From Iphione sp. A-MEVVRFRX5 (taxonomy: Eukaryota), in the NCBI GenBank assembly GCA_976226885.1, contig OZ320316.1:38812001-38876000 (forward strand): 64,000 nucleotides of DNA, written 5' to 3'. Made by a program: the position numbers and the translations under genes. The notes beneath the pieces are model-generated. The model was not told the DNA's origin and did no database searches. It saw only the letters and a list, made by a program, of their open reading frames with translations. Of the stretch, positions 28,324 to 40,430 are shown in pieces; the stretch's first letter is position 1, and each line of letters begins with the position of its first letter.

Positions 28324-29643
28324 CTACGTTATTGTGATGCCATTGGAGGCACCCTGCATGGTTGTGGTCAGTGGATCCGAACGACGCAGTTCCCTTTCTT
28401 TACAGGCCTCACAACTACCGTTTCGTAGTGTACGTTTCCGAGGAAACATTTGCATGAAGCAAGAACATTCCTCCAGGTTTATGTATTTCGTGCGCGGCAT
28501 TAAGCTAGACGTAAACAACATATGTTAACGTAATGGAAGAATGTTTTCCCTCCAAAAAAATAAGCTAGGTGGCAATGAAAGCTATTTCCTTCATGAAAGT
28601 TTCCCAGATCACGTTGACACAACGAATATCTTTTATATTACTCTACGATGCCAGAATGGTCTTAACCTTTGTTTTAAAAACCATTAAATATAATTTTCTT
28701 ACCACATTTGTTAGTGAAACAGTAAAAAAGGAGTCATATTAGCCTGCAGATGCCGATATGCCTGTCATCTGCTTGTGCAATCACGGCTGAATATGGTACT
28801 TCTAAAAGGAAGAAAATGCTGCTCTGAAGGTGAACAGGTATGCCTAATTTTCATTTGAGAAAAGGGAAATCTTTCAAATGAATAGATGGCAAGGTTTTCT
28901 TTTTTTGAATAGTTTTTTTTGCCAAATAGATAGTGAAAGTGGATATTTTTAATGACAGAATTTACATACATGTTCCCCCTGGACAAATATGGCAAACCCC
29001 GTTTATGTACGTTTAATATCTGAACAGCAGAAAAGCCCCTGATGGCATGTGTACAAACATGGCGCGTCTCACTCCATTTTGGAATCAACCATAGACCAGT
29101 ATACATGTAGTTCAAATTTGCCTCTTGCCCAGAGTGCTTTTCATTTTTCATCGCAGGCACAAAATGTACAGTTAAAGCAGCATACCGTTACAGCGAGTCG
29201 TGCTGCAAACTTGACTCTCCAAAACAATCAACCTTATCCGTTTTCAGGAGAATGTTCCGCTTGTGTGCAGGGGATCTTTGCTGTAATCCCTCTGTCGATA
29301 TTCGAGAAGTACTGTGCTTCTCTTCAAACCGAAAGAAGTTTTTATGATGAGTTGTCCGCTACAAGAACAATATATATGCACAGGCTAACATACGTAGTGT
29401 GGTGAAAGATGGAGCCTCGTTCCATCTGACAGGTTAGTGTATTATTCCGTCTTCCACATAGAGATAATTTGGATGTGAAGTCCAGCTTCTCTGTGGTTTG
29501 GTATTGTGCAATATTGTAAAATATTTGTGAATTTGAATCTGTTTGGATAAATTCATCGTATGAAGTTAAACTGCTTTGTTTGAAAGTCAGGAATATCACT
29601 GGATAATGTTCATCGTCTGGAACCTTTCCACTTTGTTGGATCG
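28324..29643 (-). CDS. Candidate two-exon 3' fragment of an unidentified gene (29643-29394 and 28504-28324)
   Basis: ATTTTAG acceptor, 250-bp open exon, AC|GTATGT donor (phase 2) matching a phase-2 acceptor GTCTAG|C and an open frame to TAG. No family recognised. Confidence 0.35.
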
Positions 29644-32254
29644 CTAAAATATATACATGTATTCATATATTTATGTGTAAATAAATTTTCATGAGAAACC
29701 AATTTCTGTTCAGACGTAGTTGAAGATTAGCGGCGGGCATGTCAAATAAAAGAATCCAGTTTACAGACGTACTTCAAACATTGTCGTAGTTTTTTTTAAA
29801 CATTTCAATGTTGTAATGGATAATGCATCAATATGGTATGATTTGGGGGGGGGGGGTTCTTCACACTCGGTTCACAATGATATCTAAGTCATTTTAAGGA
29901 GGGCGTATAAAAAGGTATTGAAACCCCTGAGGGTGCCAAAGTCATCCTTTTGGCCTTACAGTATGTTCCTTGTTTGTCCTGAAGGCAATTCGATTGATCG
30001 TATAAGAAACCGAAATTACAAGTGCAAATGTGAAAAGTCAGGTATTAAGGTATTTACGAAATATTCTACTTTTCTTCTTAATCACAATAATTATAATAGA
30101 ATTTTCGTCGGTAAAGACTCTCTCTCACTCACTCCCATACATATATATATATATACATGTACATGTATATATATTGACCCGCACACTGAACGCCTTTAAA
30201 ATATCACGTTGCGTCATGCTGGATACATTGATTCTTTGTTTGAAAGGCTTTCATTTTCCTACAGGGTGACAGACAGTCTATATATGTACATGCTTTAAAA
30301 CGCCATCGGTTTCCAGTTACCCTATTTAGTGAAGGGTTTTCTTAATGTAAATCAAAGTAGGCCCACGGGCCTTCACCGGGAAAAATACATCCCTCTTTTG
30401 ATGAACCAACCCACATATCTTCCTTTCTCGGCTTCAACAGAAAAGAACAAGACAGTATTGAGCACAGTTCCGCCCCCGCGTAGGAAGACCATGTTCGCCT
30501 CGGTGTTTGGCATCTTTCAAGGCCGCGCTGACTGACAACAAACATTGCCTGGCTGATACTTTCACTGTGTTGTCGCTTCCCACGTGGACATTAATTATAT
30601 CTTTCGTCACTCCGCCTGCTTCCTGTCCACCTCTTTGGTTTTCGCTAAGGAGGGGCCCTTCCATTATTACCAGCGTAATAAGCGGTTTCCTTGTCGAAGC
30701 GCGAAGCCGCCGCCCAAGCCATAACCGGATACCTATACCAAATGCGCCATCGCACATTGCCTGCCGTAAACAGAATCCCGCCCTCATTATTGACAAGTTG
30801 CGAACAGGTTCGTCGTTAGCAAATCCTACACAGGAGACGAACCTTTTCCAATTCCTGTTGACATCTTAAAGTGGTGCCTGCGGGTCTGCGCTCGATCCTT
30901 TGCCTGACTTGGGCTATTATTATTTCCAGCTATGAATGTCGCATTCCATGTGTCAGTTCGCTAGAGTGATGAGATGCCGCTGCTGCTGTCTACCTACGAA
31001 GCTTTGTGACAGCCTTTCCGCCTCCATTTCCAAAAAAAAGCAATTCCAATTTCTCCCGCATAAGAGTTGAACCACAATGACAGCGGGGCATGGATAGAAC
31101 CAGGGGTTACTATGAATGATCACTTAATTGTGACACAACTCGCAGACTGTTTTGTACACTTTCCTTTTTATCACAGACCTTTTCCCTATCATTGTGCTCT
31201 TTACTCCTCGGCTTGGAGCTGACGATATTCAATAAACCCTATAATAAATTATACTGAATCCGTTACTTTCAATTTTTTGACTTCATCCACAAATGCATCA
31301 TGACATGTGATGTGGGGCCCCCACATTCGTAGACATGGAAATGAAAGTATTAGTACCGTACTCTGGATTTATTGCGATTCAATGACTGATTTTACAATGC
31401 TAGTACTGCGAGAGTTGTTTATCACAGTATTGTAGTGGTGGCCCGATAAGAGACAGTATATATTATAAATCATGGTTAACCCTCCAATTAATAGTGTGAC
31501 TCATAGTGTATCGAAAATGTATAAATGTACAGTTCATCCTAATGCAAATGATATACATGTATCACGTTATGTGTAGGTGAAGTTAACTGTAAAGGTATGC
31601 GATAATACTGACCGTATAGATTGCCAATGCAGGACTGTAATTTAACAGTCCACTCTATCATCGTGAGAATACGGGATCATGGTCAGTGTCTTTCAGTTCA
31701 TACTTGGGTATATTTGCTGGGCTCCAAACCGCTGGGTTTGGACCGTTTCTAATAAAATATCGTATCGAGAACAGATTAGGATGGACACGGTGTATGAGGT
31801 TTTCTGTTGTCTGTATATGATCTTGTCACGAAAGGAAGACTAAATTTCACTCGAAATATTTGATGATAAACTTCATTACCAAAGTCTGCAGGGTATTGAT
31901 TTATACATGTATCGTCTCATGCCATCAGCCGTCGAAATTCACGATCATGAAAGGAAAAAGTGACACACAAAATAAATCCACTTTCCGGTACATGTGCCTA
32001 GTCGTGACCGATGTTTTTCCATGTCATCGCATATCAAATTTATTCAACTTTCGTGGTATCCAAAGCACAGTCACAGAGGGAGCCAGCTACATGACAGGAT
32101 TGACATCAAGTATTACGTGGTGAGGTTTACATGAAGGGTTTCAGTCCTTTGCAATCGGTTCTTGATGAAATTTGCATTATGTGGCAATTTCTTTCACTGT
32201 CATTGGAGGAAACAAAACCAGTTAGTTCAGATAACACTAATAACAAATGCCTTA

Positions 32255-32899
32255 GGCCTGGTTTCCATACAGGTGCGTTTGCATCCATAAGGCTGTATTA
32301 GGCCTCTGTATGCATCACCATGCGTTTTTTAAATGCAGCCTTACACAGCATCATGGACAGGTGGTGTTGCTTGACTCTCTATTGAAGCGGCATGAAATAT
32401 ATGATAGATCCATGATAGATGGATGAAAAAGGATGAATTTGATGCTAAAAGCCATGAAAACTGCCGAAAACCAGGAGAAAAATTATTATTTAAACAGCCA
32501 AATTTGATGCTAAAGGCCATGAAAACCACAGAAATCCTAAGATAAATTGTGGAAAAGGATGAATTTAAAGCTAAAATCTGTGAATACAGTGAAAATCACA
32601 AGAAAAATGAAGAATGACAAATATGTGCATAACTGTGTGTAAATGTGTGTAATTCATCAAACAAAGTGAGGAAATGTGCCTGCTGCAAAGGATATATCCT
32701 CTGTTCTACTGGTGCATTGGTGTCTGAGTGTGTTAAATTATCGGACATTACTCATTAATGAACAACAGATGCACAATTGACTCAAATAGAGCAAGACATA
32801 TGGGGCAGTGTAATGAACATGCTCTAAAAAATTGACCTTAACAGACCTCAATGGACCTAGAAGCACATGGATGCAAAAAGCAGGTATGGAAATCAGGCC
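32255..32899. mobile_element. PIF/Harbinger-type MITE
   Basis: TTA|GGCCTGGTTTCCATAC ... GTATGGAAATCAGGCC|TTA. Internal AATTTGATGCTAAA.GCCATGAAAAC repeats. Confidence 0.8.
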
Positions 32900-33434
32900 T
32901 TAAGCTTATACTTTTCTCAAAACCTGGTTGTACTCCCTTTTTGTTTCATAAAATTGTTAGCGTTTCTTCTATTTGACAGAGTAGAGTGTTTGTTGCCTCA
33001 GTGTACCGAAGCCATTTAAAAGTGAATCCTGCAGATAGATGAACTATGTCACCAGCTGTATAGAATGTTTTAATTACAAGAATTGACAAGCAATATCTGG
33101 TTTGCTCCAAATACACAATGTTAGAGGTTTGAAGTGCAGGGAGAAAGTGTCTATTTATTCACAGTTAATTCTTCCTTCATATACAGTTAAAGCCCTAAAA
33201 GACTTTTCCAAGAGAGTCATCATATTTCGTAATCACAAATGTGCAAGATAGTCTTGAAACAGAAGCCAGACGCCAGAGTCTTGAATACCGGAGTACGTTC
33301 CAGCCTGCTAAACTATGGTGCGACTCTCTTTCTTTCTCTATCACTGCCTCTCAGTTGTTTTCTCGCGCTGTTTCCTGAGTCATTTTCCCCTTCTACTCAT
33401 CAGTTTCGAAAGCACTAATATTAGGAACTAGATG

Positions 33435-33561
33435 CTAAGGGGTGTCAGGTGGCAAATGTTCAAGATTTTTAGGTTGTCGTTCAGCAGATCCCGGGGTATT
33501 CAGAAACTCAGAAGCCAAGGCTCGATCGATGACTTCTTTGATTAGTCTTGGAACGAATTCT
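33435..33561 (-). CDS. Candidate terminal exon of an unidentified gene (EFVPRLIKEVIDRALASEFLNTPGSAERQPKNLEHLPPDTP*)
   Basis: CCGTCTCCATTGTAG acceptor, protein-like amphipathic sequence, locally higher GC. Confidence 0.4.
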
Positions 33562-34279
33562 CTACAATGGAGACGGATAGCAAATAGCGCATATAGCTAC
33601 ATTCACGTAATTTACACACACAAATATATATTATATACACATATATACACATGCAAGTGTGCTTTTCATACTCGAAGTTAATTCTATTTTTTGTGAGTGC
33701 TCTTGAGACACCAATGTGAAGTACAAAATATACACTAAACACAGCGTTCTGGTTAGAACATTTTTATTGCTATAGAAAATACACTTTATATGCATTAATC
33801 CACGATCACAGATACAAAAGAGCAGGATCCCTACTCAATGTCTTTATAAATACCGTAACTTAGTACTAAACCAATTATATTTCAAGCATGACACGACTTA
33901 AAATTATGTCATGTTCATGCGTGAAAACGGTTTGATATGAAAAATGCACTAAGTTCTTAACTATATAAATATAACCATTTTTACATATGTGATGAATTGT
34001 GAAAAAAATACTTTTGAATACTGGTTTCCGAACATGATATATTTTTTAAGTCTAAGGGATAATTAGAATGTGTTGCATTTACAATGCTTAATTTATCGTT
34101 TCGGCAATTACCAATGAAGTGCATGCAACTACAATCGCATATAAATAGTTTGTGCATAAAAGGAGCAGGAACAGTTCTTGTCATGTCTATTTTAAAAGGT
34201 AAGCATTTACATTGAGCAAAACCAACGTCATATCCTATCATGTGAAAGCAGTCAAAATATATAAAACAATCCTGCATTA

Positions 34280-34599
34280 GGCCAAAAAAAATAGGTGTGT
34301 TTCTGGTAACCGCGCCCCCCCAAACTATACCTAGTAAAACCTCACCCTATCTAAAAATCTTTTGGCCCCAAAAAGTTTCCAAGGCTGAATTTTCTTAGAT
34401 ACATGTTTTCACAGCACATGTTTTTGTAAATTCAGTAGAAAAACAATAAAATTGGTCAAAATTCTTCATATTATCTTTATTATTATTGAAAACCAGAGGA
34501 AGAAAGTGGAAAGAAAATTTATAAAAAAAAAGATACCCCCCTCCCTACCTAGGTTTTTGAGTGGGCGTTACCAGAAACACATCTATTTTTTTTTGGGCC
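34280..34599. mobile_element. PIF/Harbinger-type MITE
   Basis: TTA|GGCCAAAAAAAATAGGTGTGTTTCTGGTAAC ... GTTACCAGAAACACATCTATTTTTTTTTGGGCC|TTA. Confidence 0.85.
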
Positions 34600-36329
34600 T
34601 TAGAACCCTACGTACGCACAATTGTTGCCAACTGTTGTCATCTCCGGCTTGATTGTGTGCTTTCAATAGGAAAAGAAAAGATAAACATATAGAACGTAAA
34701 CTTATTACTATCATCATAATTGATATAGCATTGCATAGCCAGCCTACCAAATGAAGTACACTCGCGTTTAATGTATATACCTTTGATATTCTGTGCATCC
34801 CACCTCAATTAAGGTTAGATTTTCATGTGAGTGTATTTTCTCTCTTGCTTTAACAATACAGAACCCATATTCGTTTGATTGAAATATGTCTCAATCAAAG
34901 AAACAGATTTCTTTGCTCTGACAAAAGGATTACGAAGAGAAACTAATGCCCACATTATTATCCGGGCTGAATTATGGATAAAGTAAACTGCTTCTGTGAA
35001 CATCAAACATGCAGCCTATCATCTGCAGCATTTTAAGAATAGAGGTACACTGTTTTAATACGTTGTTACTGTAGGAAAGGACAAATATTTTGCCTATATT
35101 ACCCAACATAAAAGAGAAAGCAACTACATGATTTGATACCGAAAGAAAATGAATGAAGAGTAAAACAGCAGCATCCAAATAAATAGAGAGTTAAAAAATA
35201 TACCTTTTAGCTGAGTATAGGCTCGTCAAATCATGAGTGATTTTTCTAATTTATAAGGCACGACACATACTTTTACGTTTTATTGCCCACCCTTCCCCAG
35301 ATTTTCTTTTGTTCATTCGGGTTGCTAGGAAAACCCACTTCTAGAACTGCCTACATCGACCATACAAAATGTCAAGATTTCAAAACTTTATATAAATGCA
35401 TTATACGAATATGTGTACCTACTGTGCAGACCCTGTTAACATTCAGTAGCGAATAAAATATCCAAACCTTCAGCTAACACATGCACTTAGCTGGGATCCG
35501 ATGCGCCTCGGTGCACAATCCTTGGCTGAACAGCTCACTGGTGGTATGTACCTTGGTCGACCCGCATGCCAGGAATAAATGTACAAAAGGGATAACAGAC
35601 CCGGCACCTGCGTTGTGTGAATGTGAATCGGCCTCTGAGTGAGGAGACATAAAACCTGCACTAACTAATACAGTTAAAACCTGATGGAATCCTCTATTAC
35701 AGCCCTGCATGTAGCCTGTGGTGTTTCCTCTCTGGAAAATACAAAGAAAAAATATTTAATGTGGGTGTCAGGAAGTCCTGCAAAATAACACATAAACTTG
35801 TTTTGGAAATCAGCTTAAGTAACTAGGTTATATCAGTGTGCCTTTTAGAATACGCATGGGATAAACCTGGAAATGTTGATTGTTAAATATTCAGAGAACA
35901 ATGCACTGATGGTTCACTCTGCTGTGTAATGAAGAATCAAAGTCTCCCACAATTTTCAGTGGATCTTATAAAAATGTGTGACAGTACCGAACCTAATAAT
36001 TGGGTAGAACTAAAAGCTCAAAATAGTAGTTTAGGCTTAATTTCCTTAGGCGAGAATTCACATAATTATAGCCTGTTTTAGTTGGCATCATGTTTTTCAA
36101 TACAGCAATAGAGCCAGCATGAAGCCTTCTATTACCCCTGTACATAAGCATAGAAACACATGTTCATGGCTATGAAAATAGTGACTCCCAATCCAAAGCT
36201 ACGTGTGGACTTGCTACAGGGTTCATGGCAAATGTGTCTAAGGGAACAATCCAGTAGATAAACATAGTTTTAAAAAACACACATACTGCCACACCAGTAA
36301 AACCATGTGCCTAAGTATTAAAGTCCGAG

Positions 36330-36555
36330 GATCAGCGATTACACGATATAATGGACGAGGTGGTGACAGCCACAGACTCCATTTTAAAGCACAGCAGCCA
36401 TCTTTTATCTTCTTTAGGCCTATTTGAGCGATCATGGCTGTATTTCCCATACTGCACGGATATGCATGAGTACATTTGGCCACACTCACACACACAGGGG
36501 TGAAAATTATTCTGTTGGCCTGGACAGGGTTCGAACCTACATGCCTACCTAGGTG
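36330..36555 (-). mobile_element. 5'-truncated tRNA-derived SINE
   Basis: B box GGTTCGAACCC followed by TGTCCAGGCC as at 541-587, then SINE-like body. No A box and no tRNA 3' acceptor stem. Extent approximate. Confidence 0.45.
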
Positions 36556-38999
36556 CAATATTCATTTATTTGTTACTTGCTGCGTTTACCTAACACATAA
36601 CATACTTGCTGCATTTGATGAGGAAAGGTCAGTTCATGTGCCTAGTAAAATGGTTGTAACATGGCACATTCTGCATAATGTACCTGTTGTATGGTCATAT
36701 GACCTTGTATGTGCATTTTATGCAGGTTATGTGCCCACGTCGTCCAGTGTATGAATATCTATGTGTATCAACAAAGACATTCCCTGTTTCCGTGCGTGTC
36801 CCGTTGTCTCATGAACTTGATCCCCATTTTTACACGCATGGATCGGTGAATTGCCTTAGTAGTACAGTAAAGTGAAGAAATATTTTCATAAAATAAAACT
36901 TTTGTGCATTTTACACACAATCTGGCCACTCTTTTAGAGACATCTGGACACCAATACATAAACACTCAACAAGCAAGAAGATGCTAAAACACCAACACCA
37001 TGGACATGGACAAGGACACACACATATGCACACACACAAATATACAGATAAAAATTAAGCCTACTGCGGATGTATTGTTACATGACTAAACCCTCACCCT
37101 GCCAAGATAACTGAGAAAGGCTATTATTCTTACTTTAAAATCACCTAGAAAATTTTGATACTATTGGCAAAGCTTTAAAAGATACGTAATTATATTCTTT
37201 GTGATGTGATTAAACACTTCCATTTTTACACTTGCCCCATCTCTTACAAAAAGGTTGATAGAACAGAAAACAAACCCTTTATAATGCTGTTTTACGACGA
37301 CAAAAACACTCTACATGTATAAGCATGTCAAAGGTGGTTTACCAGGGCCCCCTTTTCACACTCATTCATTCAGATAGGTTTCTCGACTCTGCTCCAACCT
37401 CGTTTTTCGTTATCATACATTTACATATTTACTCCAAAAAAAGGTTCATGATGTTCTTGCTATGAAAAACAACAATGTTTATCCAATTGAAACGGATGTT
37501 GTGTATCTGACGTCCTGGAATCAATCCTCAATGTAATCTACCAACAAAGGTTACTCCAATGGAACAATCCCTGTCGATAAATATGAAAACGAAAAGAGAC
37601 TTGTTTCTTTTATGCCCAAGTTCCAACAACATGTCACCTTGGCCGTGTTTGAGTACTATGGAGAATGTCCCCATTTTATAACAATGCCACTCTGAATAGA
37701 AAACGCAGAACATGAGCATTGCTATATGGAAGCAGTGTTGTTCTTACCAATACTTACCAAAAGCATGGTAACAACATGGTGAAATAGCTGTGAAAATTGG
37801 CTAAATGGTAACATAGTGACAGTGCATGGTATATGATGCCCGGCTACAGGGTAACACTGCAATTGCCAATTAAGGATAGCCACCAAAAATCACAGTAACA
37901 ACACCGTAACACTCAGACATGGGAACTAAGTCTTATTCTGGGAACTGCACGTTAATGTGGCATGGCTTGTAAACATAGCGGATAACTCGGAGAGGGGGCC
38001 TGACCTGGGCGGTCTGAAATACTCTCACTTATAAATATAAGGCATGCTCTTTTTCACTGCTAGAACTCGAATAGTCCCCACCTACCCCCATCTCCCCTTT
38101 CTGTTGTAATTCTTTATGGGTTCTGGACGGGGATCATTTGATCCTGATTTACAAATACAAAACATTGCCTCCGATTCTCAGCCGAACCTTCTTAGCTGAC
38201 AGAGAGTAATGAGGGCTACATTACATCTGAGACAGCATGCAGCATTTCTAGTTGCTTTGTATGCTGTAGAGTTACGAGGATTCCACTGTCCTGCTATTGG
38301 CAGTTTAGAAGGAAAGAATTAAAACAAGACAAAATTGGCGTGCAAGTAGAAGCATTATTTAAAGTATACAAGGGTGATAACAGGCTTATGACATCAACCT
38401 CACTTATAGATATACCTCAATGGGTGTTTCTCCCTGATATTTCATACTCAATATTAGTTAACCATTTGCATATTATATTAGCAAAGACATAAGCTATCCG
38501 CGTCTGCAGAGACATGCAACCAAATGCTTGGCACTGAAGCAGTGGGCTATATCCGCATTACCTAGCTGCTTCTCAGCCTCATCAATTATTTTCGTAGGGA
38601 ATCGGTTTTAGATACATGGAACGCTACAGTGAAGCACAGGTACGTAACTCTTGTGCATTGTACCCAGTGTGTGTCACTATCTGTACTTCTAGAAAGCCAC
38701 ATTCGGCCGATCAAATAGGGTTACTACTTAGAGGAAAGACCCAAAATACTCTAATCTCCTGTTAAAGAGTACCTCTCATTCATTCAATTGAACTTATATT
38801 CTTCTTCTCTTTGAGACGTTTAAGACTCCTGGAAGAAAGTCTGTAACAACACGAGCTACTGAACATCCTAAAGTTTAAAGTTTGTGTTACACGGTGTGAC
38901 CTCACTTGAAACACTATGCTCGGCTTTCTCAAGGTTCTCAATTTGCTCTGTATTTCTTTGAACTTGAGATATGGGACTTTATGTTCCGGAACATTAGAC

Positions 39000-39420
39000 T
39001 ATAACCACTCATGGTTATTGCTGATAATACCGCTCTTTACAAATAACTGTTTGTTCTAACATCAAGATCATGATAAACTTCATTGATGTTCTAGTTTTGC
39101 AACTTAATCTGATAAAATTTTTGCCTACCGTACCTATAAGGCTCTCTACCCTCGAATAATCTTCTTGTGTTCATTACTATCTGCACTCAAGTACATTTGT
39201 GGATTAGAAATTCCACTCGACTCAGATTCATTATGCAAATTCTCAATGAAAATACGGAGATAGGTCCTGGGTTGACAGTGCCAGGTGCCCATTCAGATGT
39301 TTACCATTTCTAACCTTCTGTTTAACTCAGTGCAATCTAGATACTCCATATTATTATTACTTTTGACACTAACGCTAGCATCTGAAACCTAAACGATGGC
39401 ACCACCGTCTCTATCATATC
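39000..39420 (-). mobile_element. Possible decayed LINE AP-endonuclease fragment
   Basis: DRDGGAIV*V (cf. DRxxGGGVAIYV) followed downstream by MYLSADSNEH (cf. IxxGDFNxH). Many stops. Confidence 0.3.
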
Positions 39421-39757
39421 CTATTGCTACATATATCACGGTAACGCAAAATCCTAACAATAGCATCATTCTGTTATGTATCAAAGCCTCTATATTCATC
39501 ATCACCGAACTGTGTTCTTCTACTTAAGTATCCTAAGGAAACCTAGTTTTCAAACGTTTGTCATGTTAAAACGTCGACACAAGTAATGTAGCGTAAACTC
39601 AGTGAATCAGTGATCTCCAGCCTCGCCACGGTTATGCTCATGAGTTTAACATAAAGACAGAAACTCTCCGTTAACAAATAAATGTAGGTACCACCCAAAA
39701 AAAGCACGGCCAAGGGAGTAGGGATAGTTTAGTAGTAGTGAAATAAACAGTCCCCTG

Positions 39758-39774
39758 CTGCCCCCTGGTGGCAG
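39758..39774 (-). promoter_or_regulatory. CTCF-like motif
   Basis: The - strand reads CTGCCACCAGGGGGCAG, matching the CCACCAGGGGGC(A/G) core. Motif match only. Confidence 0.35.
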
Positions 39775-40310
39775 CCTCAAACAGCTGCAACAGATGTCGC
39801 TGCAGTGGTCCCAGATCATGTGACCAAAGGTCTTCAGTGCCAGTCGCACGTAGAGAGAGTTGAGATGGCTACGCTTCTATACCGTCAGTTTCGACGGAAG
39901 GAAACACCATTTCCTCTCATAGATTATCATTCCCTCACTCCAAATATTTTTTTTGTTGAGGACTTCCTGGGTAAAGTATTTTCACACAAATATACACGAC
40001 AGATTGATTCTGGTGTCTGCATTAATTTATCGAAAATAAAGTAGATTTGGAATTCAATAGAATAAACAAATGTATGCGCTTTCAACTACAGTACATGCTT
40101 CTTGAGCAGCAACCTGAAACTCATCGAAATATTAGTAATTCTCCAGTAGCATGCATGAAATGTATACCCTTGCAGCCACTATTCCTTTGTGCATAGCGCC
40201 TCCATATAGCCTACGACACTGTCTGCACCTCCCTGCCACTGGGGGCGGGGCTTATCCCATGTACATGGATTATATGCACTGTCTTTACTGCCTTTAAAAC
40301 ATGACAAAAA

Positions 40311-40430
40311 AAATATCAGTGGAAAAAATAAAAATATCATCAGTGGAAAAAAAATATAAAAAATATCAGTGGAAATTTCAGGTCTTTTTGTCAAAAGTGA
40401 GGCATGTCAGTGGAAATTTTAGGTCTTTTT
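40311..40430. repeat. Short TCAGTGGAAA repeat cluster (x4)
   Basis: AATATCAGTGGAAA-type units plus duplicated TCAGTGGAAATTT.AGGTCTTTTT, followed by two ATGCAAAT octamers. Confidence 0.6.
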
